In this document: piece after piece, positions 14,010 through 27,385 of the stretch
Layout: each line of letters begins with the position of its first letter
Position numbering within the stretch: position 1 is the stretch's first letter
Program-made: the position numbers and the translations under genes
Notes under the pieces: model-generated
Seen by the model: only the letters and a program-made list of their open reading frames with translations
Told to the model about the DNA's origin: nothing
Database searches by the model: none
DNA from: Octopus vulgaris
Taxonomy: Eukaryota
Length of the DNA stretch: 64,000 nt
Assembly: GCA_951406725.2 (NCBI GenBank)
Contig: OX597824.1
Span: 69,626,001-69,690,000, forward strand
Direction of reading: 5' to 3'

Positions 14010-14269
14010 AGGTGAGTTATGAGCATTTATAGCATATAATCCTGTATAAACTCAACTAACAATTAAAGATGGAGAAGAGAAGTTGTTAAAAGTTTTGTAA
14101 AATTTTAATCCGTGCATGCGGTCTTTTCAAATGACAACACCAAGATGTAAGAAACATGGAAAAAATTAAATTATTATTATAATTAAATTAAAATCTTCTC
14201 TTCTCCACCTTTAATTGTTAATTGAGTTTATATAGGATTATATCCTATAAATGCTCATAACACACCTTA
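14008..14269. mobile_element. MITE-like element with inverted termini of about 75 bp
   Basis: 14008-14082 is the imperfect reverse complement of 14195-14269. Confidence 0.7.
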
Positions 14270-14619
14270 TACTTGTTTACAGCTACAATTTAAATATGAA
14301 GAATCTTTCTTAGATATCTACCCCCCCTCCACACACATACACCAAAGCAAAAATGTTCTAATTGAACTCAAACCTTCTCTCTCTCTCTCTCTCCCTCTCT
14401 CTCCCTCTCTCTCTCTCTCTCTCACTCACTCACACACACACACATGCACACATCGACATTCATATGTACACACAAAAGACATGCTCACACGCTTTCACAT
14501 GTACACACACATTCTCTTTCTCTCTCTCTCTCTCACTCACACACACACACATGCACACATCGACATTCATATGTACACACAAAAGACATGCTCACACGCT
14601 TTCACATGTACACACTCTT

Positions 14620-14660
<41 letters not shown>

Positions 14661-14729
14661 TTTCTCTCTCTCTCTTTCTCTCTATTATTTTTTTACTTAC
14701 AGGAGAAAATACTGTGGAGAAAATATCAT

Positions 14730-14995
14730 AGGCGCAGGCGTGCGTGTGTAGTAAGAAGCTCTTTTTGTTGTTTTTTTTTTCAAAGTACGTGGTCTTGGGT
14801 TCAATCCATCTGTGTGGCACTTTGGACAGGTGTCTTTCGCTTGTAGTCCGGGCCGACCAGCAGTTCGGCAGAAATAGAGCGATAGTATAAAGTACCAGGC
14901 TTTAAAACAAGTGTCACTTTCGATTTGTTGAGCCAAAGCCTTCAAGACAGTGCCCCCACTGTCGAAGAAATCGACTCAAGATATAAGATGAAAGA
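14730..14995 (+). mobile_element. Old SINE family B-related copy
   Basis: Degenerate head GGCGCAGGCGTG..GGTTCAATCC and CORE-like TGGCACTTTGGACAGGTGTCTT. Confidence 0.6.
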
Positions 14996-15312
14996 AATTG
15001 CGTCAAATTAAACATTTTACGAAGTTAGACAACTAGTTTACAGTTTAAATGGCGTCATTGGGATTTTAATGAACGATAGAATGGCGCTATACATAGCAAT
15101 GGACGACCGGAAATTTTAAGATGTTTATGTAATGAGAAGTTTAAAGGAATGTTAAATGTGTACATTCTGCAAGCCTTCTCTATGATTTGATTTAACATTC
15201 CAATTTCTAAACCAGCCTTAACTTTAATGTAGAAGAGATTGTCTCCGCTATCATAGCTGACCACTAGGGGTATACCACGTGTACTATGAAAAAACTCCTA
15301 AACAAATATATA

Positions 15313-15545
15313 TGTTTCTTTACTACCCACAAGGGGCTAAACATAGAGGGGACAAACAAGGACAGACAAACGGATTAAATCGATTACATCGGCCCCAGTG
15401 CGTAACTGGTACTTAATTTATCGACCCCGAAAGGATGAAAGGCAAAGTCGACCTCGGCGGAATTTGAACTCATAACGTAGCGACGGGCGAAATACCACAA
15501 AGCACTTCGCCCGGCGTGCTAACGTCTCTGCCAGCTCGCCGCCTT
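15313..15545 (-). mobile_element. Full-length SINE family A with TSD
   Basis: Full consensus; ACAAATATATA duplicated at 15302-15312 and 15546-15556. Confidence 0.9.
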
Positions 15546-16009
15546 ACAAATATATAGTGGTTCTGTGTACGTGTGTGTGTGTCCGCGTGCGTGCGTGCGT
15601 GCGTGCGTTTGTGTGTGTGTGTGTGACTAGGCGACTCTGAATTACAGATTGCGATCTTTCTGAAAGGCTTCCACATATTTATACAATTACAGTCATAAGA
15701 TTTTGGATTGATCGGAGACGGTGGCAAAGGATACAAGCCAGAACGTGGCATCGTATTCAAAACCTCGACAACTGAGACGCGTGCTTCATAGACATTCAGT
15801 TATGCCTATATGGACACACACACATATACTTACATACATATATACGCACATACATACATAGATACATACATACATACATACATACATACATACATACATA
15901 CATACATACATACATACATACATACATACATAAACACGCACTCACACACACACATATATATATATAATTATATATGTGTGTTTATGTGTATATTTATGTA
16001 TATGTGTAC

Positions 16010-16165
16010 ATATGTAGCAGTGTGGTAAAAAGCTTTCTTCCCAACCACATGGCTGCGGGTTCAGCCCCACTGCGTGGTATCTTGGGCAAGTATTTTGTTA
16101 TAGCCTCGGGCCGACCAAAACCTTGTGAATAAATTTGGTAGATGGAAACTGAAAGAAGCCTGTCG

Positions 16166-16202
<37 letters not shown>

Positions 16203-16485
16203 CTGTCTGTGTGTGTGTGTGTACGTATGTATGTATGTATGTATGTATGTATGTATGTATGTATGTATGTATGTATGTATGTATGTATGTATGTATATGT
16301 TTGTGTGTCTGTTGTTGTCCTCCCACCATCGCTTGACAACCAAAGTAGGTGTGTTTACGTCCCCTAACTTAGCGGATCGGCAAAAGAACCCGATAGAATA
16401 TGTACTAGACTTACAAATTTGTTCGACTAAAGGCGGTGCTCCAGCTGTCAAATGACTGAAACAAGTAAAAGAAACAAGTAAAAGA
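16010..16485 (+). mobile_element. SINE family B with expanded internal microsatellite
   Basis: Consensus head and tail; internal (TA)(TG)(TATG)n. Confidence 0.85.
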
Positions 16486-16544
<59 letters not shown>

Positions 16545-16655
16545 TGTGTATACATAGGTTGTCATATACGGCTTTGTTATACATCAATATGAATTCACAT
16601 ATGCCTGTGTATCTATGAATGTGCATCTCTCCGTGTGTGAATATGTTGGAATGCT

Positions 16656-16719
<64 letters not shown>

Positions 16720-16999
16720 TGCTTGCGTACATGTCTGAGTATCACCATCAAAGATCAACAAGTGTATATTTCAGCCAAAAGAGCAAGCTCTCCTGCCTCA
16801 CTAACAGTACATGATATTCCCTAATCACTCCACACCTATAAAAAAATCCACATATCTCTGTACTACAGACACTGACACAAACACACACACACACACTCTA
16901 AAACGGGAGCAACAGTCTTTAAAAACATCTGATCTACATTACTCCACTTATTCATTTGTCATTATACGATCAACACAATGACAACCAATCGAGCAATTG

Positions 17000-17462
17000 C
17001 ACTGGTCAACAAAATGAAACTTTTTTTTAATCATCAGAGTTGCTGAGTGACTTTTCTAGCTTAATTTATGATGCTGATTACGAATCTGAAGTCCGATTTC
17101 CTCTATTAGGTCACATATTCATGTTAATGATACCTGCTGTTTTGACTTATAGGATACGTAAAGCATGTCTATATAAAGTATATTGAATACAAGATACGAT
17201 AATTTCATGGCTTTTTATTGTACAAAATTAATATTATTGTGTACAAATAAGTTAGAATACACTCAAATGCATAACAACTTAAAATCTTTGAGATTTAGAC
17301 TTTCTATGGTGTTTTGTCTCAGATTCATCCTTGTATAACATCCAACAGTATTCAGCTAACATTCCTGCATTCCAGAATCCTTTATATCATTGTTCCATCG
17401 ATGCAATATCTTGATGAAAGTGTTCCCCTTGCTCAGACACTGCTCTAAGGTTCTCTAAGGGT
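17000..17462 (-). mobile_element. CMC/Chapaev3-like DNA transposon 3' end
   Basis: Minus strand ENLRAVSEQGEHFHQDIASMEQ*YKGFWNAGMLAEYCWML matches the NLGAVSDEHGERFHQDI..ME.RYQG.W...MLADYCW motif; terminus starts CACTGGTCAAC; family name assigned from memory. Confidence 0.7.
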
Positions 17463-17491
17463 CTCTGCAAAGAGTTCCAGATGTGAATCAA

Positions 17492-17857
17492 TCTCATATC
17501 AAGATAAACAGCACATGACCTTGCAGGTGGGGCCCAGTTAGAATTTTCTTCTGGTCGAGTAACCCATCCCGCTCAAAAGGTTTCTGAATAAGGGTTCTTT
17601 AAGGATGCTGAACGAAACACCCATGTTTCCAGAGGTAAACTATTCAAACCCCAAAGAATCCCTCTCAACACATGGCTATGATGCTCCCCCACTACTTCTG
17701 CTCGTGATCAGAGCTGCATATATCGTCAGCCACTAAAGGACATGCTCAACTGGTTAAGGTCAAACAACTGACAAGCAAATCTGTGGTATTGAGCAGAATA
17801 TTTGCTGTAGCCCATCTTTTATACCAAGACAAAACAATGTACAGGATAACACTTCCA
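17492..17857 (-). mobile_element. (AAT)n-associated repeat family E fragment
   Basis: Reverse complement of 50583-50950; abuts (TAT)n. Confidence 0.85.
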
Positions 17858-17882
17858 TATTATTATTATTATTATTATTATT

Positions 17883-17938
<56 letters not shown>

Positions 17939-18468
17939 TATCATCATCATCATTATTATTATTATTATTATAGTAAGATATAATTGATAATTAAGTAGAC
18001 TGCTAGATGAATCCGAACAAGGAGCTTACTGTGATAGCTTAGTCTGAATCCATATTTCACACAACATTGCTGTATATCTATATATGTGTATAGGTGTGTA
18101 TGTGTGTGTGTGGGTGTGTGTGCGTGTGTATGTGTCTGTCTGTCTGCCTGTCTTTGAATGTGTGTATGTGAGTGTCTGGTTGATCGTGTGTGTATGTACA
18201 TATGCACATACACATAGGGTTACAGTATAATGGAAATGTCCATGCACAAATACACGGATATATATACATACATACACACGCATATTATACACAAATATCT
18301 ACTAACATGTGTGCATAGATACAGTCATAACACGCATCAACTGCTTCCGCTTGTCAATAATTCAATATTTATTTCTGATTAAACACACACATACACACAC
18401 ATACATACACAAACACACACACGCATACACACGCGTGCGCAGGCACAAATATATACATATATAAATAG

Positions 18469-18505
<37 letters not shown>

Positions 18506-18549
18506 CATATGTATGTGTATATATATGCATATATATATCTGTATATCTA

Positions 18550-18629
<80 letters not shown>

Positions 18630-18657
18630 TATAGATATATATAGATATATTAATGCA

Positions 18658-18709
<52 letters not shown>

Positions 18710-19228
18710 TTTTACTGAGCTGAAGACGAAATAATATACAACTTATCAGTAAAACTAAATGAATAAATTGAATGTTTTTTCGATTAATGAGGTGAGCAGA
18801 TGGCGACAGGTACTCATGAACACATCTAAGCAGAGACGCAAATATGCGTACATAAGTCTTTCCTTATGTGTGTATACGTATACATCCACACACACACATG
18901 TATGTGTGCGCTCTCCCTCTGGGTGCGTGTGTATATTTGTTCGTGCGTACGTGTGTGTGTGTGTATGTTTGTGTATATATCTGTATAAGCTGATATTTCT
19001 CTCTGTGGCTATTCAGATAATCATGCAACGTGTGGTCAGTTTGTGTCTCTCTGAAGAATTGATGGTAGTGAGAAACAACGGACTCGGGATGTTGTAGAAT
19101 TTTATCTTTGAAATTAAAATGCGATACTTCCATTTGTAGACATCACAAACGGCTATGGGTTGATTATAGTAATCCAAAATGCTACATTGACTGTCTGTCT
19201 CTTCTGAATACTATTCCTCTCTACAGAG

Positions 19229-19488
19229 CTGTTCCTTCTCGAGCCATGCCTGGCTCAAAAGAGCTGGTTTCCCGGTCCGTCGCAGGTGAGCTGCAAGATG
19301 CAGGAGGAAAGAGTGAGAGAAAGTTGTGGTGAAAGAGTCAGCAGAAGTTTGCAATTACCTTCTACCGGAGCCGCGTGGAGCTTAGGTGTTTCGCCCATAA
19401 ACACACATATCGCCCGGTCTGAGCTTCGAACCCGCGATCCCTCGACCGCGAGTCCGCTGCTCGAACCACTAGGCCATGTGCCACCACA
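19229..19488 (-). mobile_element. SINE family C head with a D-type tail
   Basis: Highly similar to 11766-12038. Confidence 0.8.
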
Positions 19489-19835
19489 CTCTAGAGAGCT
19501 GGAATATGAAGGAGCATTTACATGTACACTTCTACTAGCTAGACAATCACCAAAGAGCGTAAGGGGAAACCTCTACACTGTATCTTAACATGCGAAAAAT
19601 ATCAGCTAAATCTCTCTTAATTATCACCTACATAATGAAAAATAGAAAGCTACACCGGTTAATGTAATCCTACATAAAATATTAACGATACATATATGGA
19701 ACGCTTTTGATTACAGGACAGATTGATCGTGTCTGGCCAATGGTTAAATAACAGTACTAACATTAACAACAACAACAACAACTAAAGCTAGAGAATTTCA
19801 ACCTAGAATTCTTTTACATCTCGACATATATATGT

Positions 19836-20265
19836 CGTAGGAGTGGCTGTGTGGTAAGTAGCTTGCTTAGCAACCACATGGTCCCGGGCTCAGTCCCACT
19901 GCATGGCACCTTGGGCAACTGTCTTCTACTATAGCCTCGGGCCGACCAAAGCCTTGTGAGTGGATTTGGTAGACGGAAACTGAAAGAAGCCCGTCGTATA
20001 TATGTATGTATATATATATGTATGTGTATGTGTATGTGTTTGTGTGTCTGTGTTTGTCCCCCCAACATCGTTTGACAACCGATGCTGGTGTGTTTACGTC
20101 CCCGTAACATAGCGGTTCGGCAAAAGTGACCGATAGAATAAGTTCTAGGCTTACAAAGAATAATTTCTGGGTGGGATCTAATTGCTCAACTAAAGGCGGT
20201 GTTCCAGCATTGCCGCAGTAAAATGACTGAAAAAAATAAAAGAGCAAAAGAATAAAAGAATAAAC
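19836..20265 (+). mobile_element. SINE family B, full length
   Basis: Consensus head, internal microsatellite and tail. Confidence 0.88.
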
Positions 20266-20284
20266 TTTCTTATAAGTATATTTT

Positions 20285-21190
20285 CTGAATTCACATTTGA
20301 TGTCAACGATTCCTTCGAGGTAGAACCATATTAGTTGACAAGCCTGCACAAAAATGGTCCCTATTTATTTCAGGGATTACCTGGGCAATGACGGTTTTCA
20401 GTGAAGGTATGGCATCGCGAGGATGTTGATTAGTCTTCATTTCAACAGCGATCCAAACCTAGTAATGTCATAGAATTTTAATCTGGTGAGTTTGGAGGCT
20501 GCAAATTGGATCTCATATGATTGTAAACGTTATCTCACATCCATTCTTAGGTTATGTGCCTTTGTGAGAAGGTACTGAGTCTTACTAAAACATGGATGGC
20601 CTTCCACTGCGACCTTCATGTACTCTGGGCTTAACAACTGTCTTCATCACCTCAACATAGTCAGTCGCATTAATTCTAAGACCTTTTGCAAAGATGTAAA
20701 GTGGCATGGCATACTCTTTTACTTGTTTCAGTCATTTGACTGCAGCCATGCTGGAGCACCGCCTTTAATCGAGCAACTCGACCCCGGGACTTATTCTTTT
20801 TTGTAAGCCCAGTACTTATTCTATCGGTCTCTTTTGCCGAACCGCTAAGTAACGGGGGACGTAAACGCACCAGCATCGGTTGTCAAGCAATGCTAGGGGG
20901 ACAAACACAGACACACAAACACACACACGCATATATATATACATATATACGACGGGCTTCTTTCAGTTTCCGTCTACCAAATCCACTCACAAGGCTTTGG
21001 TCGGCCCGAGGCTATAGAAGAAGACACTTGCCCAAGATGCCACGCATTGGGACTGAACCCAGAACCATGCGGTTGGTAAACAAGCTACTTACCACACAGC
21101 CACTCCTGCATGGCCTTCTTTACTCACTAGTCCAAAGACCTTTTCAGTTCCAGGGCAGCCAGTCCCGTCTGTGAATGTCCGAGGACGGAG
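20285..21190 (-). mobile_element. Decayed maT/DD37D-like transposase relic interrupted by a SINE B
   Basis: Minus strand KVFGLVSKEGH|..IFAKGLRINATDYVEVMKTVVKP..DSVPSHK..PPNSPD..VWIAVEMKTNQHP..SLKTVI; reading resumes across the SINE. Confidence 0.7.
20712..21108 (-). mobile_element. SINE family B, full length
   Basis: Consensus match. Confidence 0.88.
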
Positions 21191-21564
21191 CCTCAAATTC
21201 TGACCAACGGAATGCCATCAGTTGAAACTCGAACCATGCGCACGTTTATTCATATTTATTCATCCTCAGTCGTAAGTTTCTTTTTAATTTGTCCCTTCCA
21301 CCACCGAATAGGTAAACCTACTTACAAACCCATGACTCCTTACAAATATACACTTGAGTATATGTATGTATATATATGCATACATATATGTGTGTTTCTG
21401 TGTGTGTATGTGTATGTGTGTGTGTTTGTATGTACGTATCAGGCCACTGAATAACAGGCTGTTACCTCACTAATAGACATATTGAACAATTTAACCACTT
21501 TGAAGTTTAATATATATGTACGAACGTATGTGCACAAACGTAGATACATACATACATACATACA

Positions 21565-21595
<31 letters not shown>

Positions 21596-21607
21596 GTATG
21601 TATGCGC

Positions 21608-21669
<62 letters not shown>

Positions 21670-22864
21670 AGAGAAATATACAGATGGGACATAGATAAAA
21701 AAAAAGTCGACCGCTCAGCAACTCGTTCTTGTAACGAACATTACGCTGTCTTTGCAAAAAAAAAACTACTTGCCATAAACCTGGTTTGCAAGTGATCACA
21801 ACTGTTGCCTTTAAACAGCAACAACAACCATAAAATGCTACAGAGACTGGTCTAATGAGGAAATGAATGATCCTTTGATTTTAAACTCATCCTCTTTAGT
21901 ATGATCTTAATATCGAAAAATACAATTGCGAAAAATACATTCAATACCAAACCCCAAATGACACTCACCCATTTACACTTCCAGACTGAAGTAGGTCCAC
22001 ATCATTATCGTAATACATCTGGAAGCAGAAAGATAGTTGAACTGAGTATAGGAATGGCATAGCTCAGAAACCTGGTATTGCTGTTTCTGTGATCCATCCA
22101 TAGAGTGGGCCATAAAGACTACAATACTTGTTACTGACATGTCAAACTGTTTAAGTTATGTTTAACACTTTGTCTGTGTAATCGCTTGTCATAATTTCAT
22201 CCTAAATGTCCATGCTTGTTTTCAGACATTTGGTCAGCTCTGGTTTCATATGTTTTGAGTAATAAATAGTTTTCCTTTCATACACCCTAAGTTACTCTAG
22301 TGACTGAAGAGAATTGAAAACGCCAAATATGATGAATGATCACTAGGAAAATACGTTTCGTGTATCACGTGTGATGCTCAGGACTGGCAAATGACTAACT
22401 GAGATGTATGACATTATGATTTAATTGTTTGATATATTCTATTAAAAAAAAAGACTTTTCTATTGTACATATGTAACCATGTTAACAAATTCCTATTAAA
22501 CATTTAAGCGTAGCTAAATATCCTCACCAGTACATGCATTGAACCGCTATCTACCCTTGATAATAATAATAATAACTCTTCAATCTAGTATAAAGTACTG
22601 GTTCACTAATCATATATCTACAGCAAACTCTTAACGCAAGTTGCCATATTGTTGTATCAAATCACCACAGTTCGCCATCGAAAACTAGCAAATATAAGAC
22701 GTTCGACGAGCACTTTCATCTAAACTGATGAATTCTTAATATAAGTTCTTCTGTCTATGATTTTTCTGCCCTTGCTATAATTTCTATGTTGTAATTCTGA
22801 ATAGGGACGGAGTGAATTAAAGACTTCAAACAAATCTATTGTATCTTTGTGATTGTAATTTACA

Positions 22865-22963
<99 letters not shown>

Positions 22964-22967
22964 TTAT

Positions 22968-23032
<65 letters not shown>

Positions 23033-23045
23033 AATCTATCTATCA

Positions 23046-23112
<67 letters not shown>
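22865..23112. repeat. (TATC)n microsatellite
   Basis: Direct reading. Confidence 0.97.
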
Positions 23113-23152
23113 CCAGGACAATGTAAAACACTATTAAGGTAAGAATTAATAT

Positions 23153-23546
23153 AAGGTATTTAATTTTATAAATATAATTATAAAATTATAAGAGTAACTT
23201 CTGAGTTACCACATGTTAGAACAAGACGCCAAATGGCTCTAAAATTACCTTATTTATCACATAGATACGAGCAGTTTATTATTTTTTACATGCTAGCTAC
23301 TTGATAAAATCCTATACAGATTTTATCCTTACTCTCTCTCTTTTACTTTTATACTTGTTTCAGTCATTTGACTGCGGCCATGCTGGAGCACCGACTTTAG
23401 TCGAGCAAATCGACCCCGGGACTTATTCTTTGTAAGCCCAGTACTTATTCTATCGGTCTCTTTTGCCGAACCGCTAAGTGACGGGGACGTAAACACACCA
23501 GCATCGGTTGTCAAGCAATGATAGGGGGACAAACACAGACACACAA

Positions 23547-23597
<51 letters not shown>

Positions 23598-24170
23598 AAC
23601 GACAGGCTTCTTTCAGTTTCCATCTACCAAATTCCACTCACAAGGCATTGGTCGGCCCGGGGCTATAGCAGAAGACACTTGCCCAAGATGCCACACAGTG
23701 GGACTGAACCCGGAACCATGTGGTTGGTTAGCAAGCTACTTACCACACAGCCACTCCTTGATTATAATGATAAATATAAATTCCTTTAAACCAAATTTAT
23801 TCGCTGCTGAATAATTTGGTTATTCACACGTGGCTAATATGAACGAATTAGATTTAACTTGTATATCACTGTGAACATTTGTATATGCACTGTGGATGCA
23901 TTGTGTTCGTATTGTATGAATAAATGTTTATAATTATGTACCTTCGGTTATGTCATACTGGGGACGGTAAAGGGTGTTACACCCCTAAACCAGAAATCGA
24001 TCTAGGGCTAAACTTTTTTAAAAATCTTTTTGTTCATTCCCTCGCTTTCGGTCCATATCTATGTGATAAATAAGGTAGTTTTAGAGCCATTTGTGTCTTC
24101 TTCTAGCTTATGACATTACTCAGTAGTGTCATTATAATTTTATAATTATATTTATAAAATTAAATACTTT
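23153..24170. mobile_element. Non-autonomous DNA element with inverted termini of about 115 bp
   Basis: 23153-23267 vs reverse complement of 24056-24170 (GTATTTAATTTTATAAATATAATTATAAAATTATAA..CAAATGGCTCTAAAA.TACCTTATTTATCACATAGATA). Confidence 0.75.
23329..23757 (-). mobile_element. SINE family B nested in the TIR element
   Basis: Consensus match. Confidence 0.88.
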
Positions 24171-24279
24171 ATGTATGTATGTATGTATGTATGTATGTAT
24201 GTATGTATGTATGTATGTATGTATGTATGTATGTATGAATGTATGTATGTATGTATGTATGTATGTATGTATGTATATA

Positions 24280-24389
<110 letters not shown>

Positions 24390-24421
24390 GGATAGATAGA
24401 TAGATAGAGAGAAGTTTTTAC

Positions 24422-24796
24422 AGGCGTAGGAGTAGCTGTGTGGTAAGTAGGTTGCTTACGAACCACATGGTTCCGGGTTCAGTCCAACTGCGTGGCACCT
24501 TGGGCAAGTGTCTTCTATTATAGCCTCGGGCCGACCAAAGCCATGTGAGTGGATTTGGTAGACGGAAACTGAAAGAAGCCTGTCGTATATATGTATATAT
24601 ATGTACGTGAAGGTATATATTTGTGTGTCTGTGTTTGTCCCTGGTGTGTTTAAGTCCCCGTAACAGTTCGGCAAAAGAGACCGATAAAATAAGTATTACG
24701 CTTACAAAGAATAAGTCCAGGGTCCATTTGCTCGACTAAAGGTGGTGCTCCAGCATGGCCACTGTCACATGGCTGAAACAAGTAAAAAAGTAAAGA

Positions 24797-24797
<1 letters not shown>
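24422..24797 (+). mobile_element. SINE family B
   Basis: Consensus match. Confidence 0.85.
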
Positions 24798-24845
<48 letters not shown>

Positions 24846-24847
24846 AT

Positions 24848-25180
24848 GAAGGCGCATCGTCCAGTGGTTACAGAGTCGAACTTACGATTGTGAGGTCGTG
24901 AGATTGTGAGTTCAATTCCCGGACGCTGCTCCAGTTCACTCACCTGTAGAAATGAGTCGCGATGTCACTGGTGCCAAGTTGTATAAGCCTTTACCTTTCC
25001 CTTGGATAACATCGGTGGAGTGGAGAGGACAGGTTGGTGTGCATGGACGACTGCTGGTCTTCCATAAAAACCACTCTACGTTTTGCGTTCGCAGGTGAGG
25101 CGACATTCCGCCCAGACCTGTACCCCGGAGGCGAACCTCTTAGGTGCACGCATGGTCATTCGTGGCCAACGGAACCAAGT
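24848..25180 (+). mobile_element. tRNA-derived SINE family D-related copy
   Basis: Head CCAGTGGTTACAGAGTCG..GAGTTCAATTCCCGGAC and GCTCCAGTTCACTCA shared with 37297. Confidence 0.65.
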
Positions 25181-25301
25181 ATATATATATATATATACTT
25201 GTTTTCTTTTTGGATGAAACTCTGCTAACTAGCTGCCTCTTTTAATTATGCGTATGTATGTATGTATGTATGTATGTATGTATGTATGTGCGTGTGTGTG
25301 A

Positions 25302-25352
<51 letters not shown>

Positions 25353-25802
25353 TGATTGATTGATGTTTGTATATTTGTATGTATATAAATTTACATATAT
25401 AGGCATATACCTCTCTGTGTGCGCGTGTATGTGTGTGTGTTTGTGCGCGTGTGTCTGTGTTTCATGTGTGTGCATAAGTGTCTTCGCGAGCACACATCTG
25501 AGTGTACGTGCGCGCGTTGTGGGTACCGATGATTTCGACTTAATTTTCTAGCATCATTACGAAAGTTAATTTGCATATTTCACTCGGCAGTAATGTCTTC
25601 CTCGCCTTCCACCACCATCGTTGTCGTCGTCGTTGTCATCAATAGCTCAATGCCAGTCGTCATGTGTGTCTTGGAACAGGCTTCCACAGACCTATCAACC
25701 TCACCAAGAACCATCTGTTGCGCCTGGCCTCCTCTCCCTATCCCCCACCCCACACACCTCCCACGGAGTTAGTCTCTTCAAATGCGTGTGCGTCTGTATA
25801 TA

Positions 25803-26782
25803 TATCTTATAGCTATATCTATATTTATCTATATATGTATATATACATATATATACTAATGTATGTATGTATGCATGTATGTATGTATGCATGCATGTAT
25901 GTATGTATGCATGCATGCATGTATGTATGTATGTATGTATGTATGTATGTATGTATGTATGTATGTATGTATGTATGTATGTATGCATGTATGTATGTAT
26001 GTATGTATGTATGCATGTGTGTATGCATGCATGTATGTATGTATGCATGCATGTATGTATGCATGGATGTATGTATGTATGTATGTATGTATGTATGTAT
26101 GTATGCATGCATGCATGCATGCATGCATGTATGTATGTATGCATGTATGTATGTATGTATGCATGTATGTATGTATGTATGTATGTATGCATGCATGCAT
26201 GCATGTATGTATGTATGTATGTATATATGTATGTACGTATGCATATATGTATGTATGTATGCATGTATGTATGTATGTATGCATATATGTATGTATGTAT
26301 GTATGCATGCATGCATGTATGTATGCATGCATGTATGTATGTATGTATGTATGTATGTATGTATGTATGTATGTATGTATGTATGTATGTATGTATGTAT
26401 GTATGTATGTATGCATGCATGCATGCATGCATGTATGCATGCATGTATGTATGTATGTATGTATGCATGCATGTATGTATGTATGTATGTATGTATACAC
26501 AGAGACATGAACATATTCACACAAATATATTATCTTATAGCTATATCTATATTTATCTATATATGTATATATACATATATATACATATATATTTATGTAC
26601 ATATATATACTAATGTATGTATGCATGTATGTATGTATGTATGTATGTATGTATGTGTGCATGTATGTATGTATGTATGTATGTATGTATGTATGCATGC
26701 ATGTATGTATGTATGTATGCATGCATGTATGTATGTATGTATGTATGTATACACAGAGACATGCACTTATTCACACAAATAT
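25803..26782. repeat. (TATG/CATG)n array in a two-unit higher-order duplication
   Basis: TATCTTATAGCTATATCTATATTTATC and TACACAGAGACATG each occur twice. Confidence 0.9.
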
Positions 26783-26901
26783 ATTCCAAGTTGCGTCAAA
26801 AGTTGATTTCATATTTTCACTGATGACTTTTGGCAACTTCTTTCTCCATGTCATTTCATTAATTTGATACAACTTTATTTACTATTGACAAACATTGTGC
26901 A

Positions 26902-27027
26902 CATCTTGTTTGTTGTTTGTTGTTAACACAATGTTTCGGCTGATATACCCACCAGCCTGATATACCCACCATCAAGTGTCTTGGGGAAATTTCGAACCTC
27001 GGTTCTCATTCTTAAGGTATTTTTCGA

Positions 27028-27083
<56 letters not shown>

Positions 27084-27095
27084 GTGTCGTCGTCG

Positions 27096-27163
<68 letters not shown>

Positions 27164-27244
27164 GGTATTCAGGTCACTGCCTTGAATCGAACTCGGAATC
27201 TTGTGGTTAGTAGCCCGCGCACTTAACTACTACGCCATATGCCC
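26902..27244 (-). mobile_element. tRNA-headed SINE-like element with a hammerhead-like 3' module (left arm of inverted dimer)
   Basis: Minus strand GGGCATATGGCGTAGTAGTTAAG (A box)..GAGTTCGATTC (B box), (AAC)/(AAT)n, then GACACTTGATG..GGCTG..CAGCCGAAACATTGTGTT. Confidence 0.75.
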
Positions 27245-27247
27245 ACT

Positions 27248-27341
27248 GTGGTTAAGAGCGCGGGCTACTAACCCCAAGATTCCGATTTCGATTCAAGGCA
27301 GTGACTTGAATAATAATAATAATAATAACAACAACAACAAC

Positions 27342-27385
<44 letters not shown>

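Noticed and set aside
25664-26806. 380-aa ORF and other [16 protein letters not shown] ORFs throughout the window
   Set aside because: Translations of (TATG)n, (TA)n and (TG)n that are open in several frames on both strands
27170-27310. tRNA genes (also at 12000, 37300, 47600, 57100)
   Set aside because: A/B boxes are present but I see no complete acceptor stem or poly-T terminator, and each continues into a repeat body, so these are SINE heads
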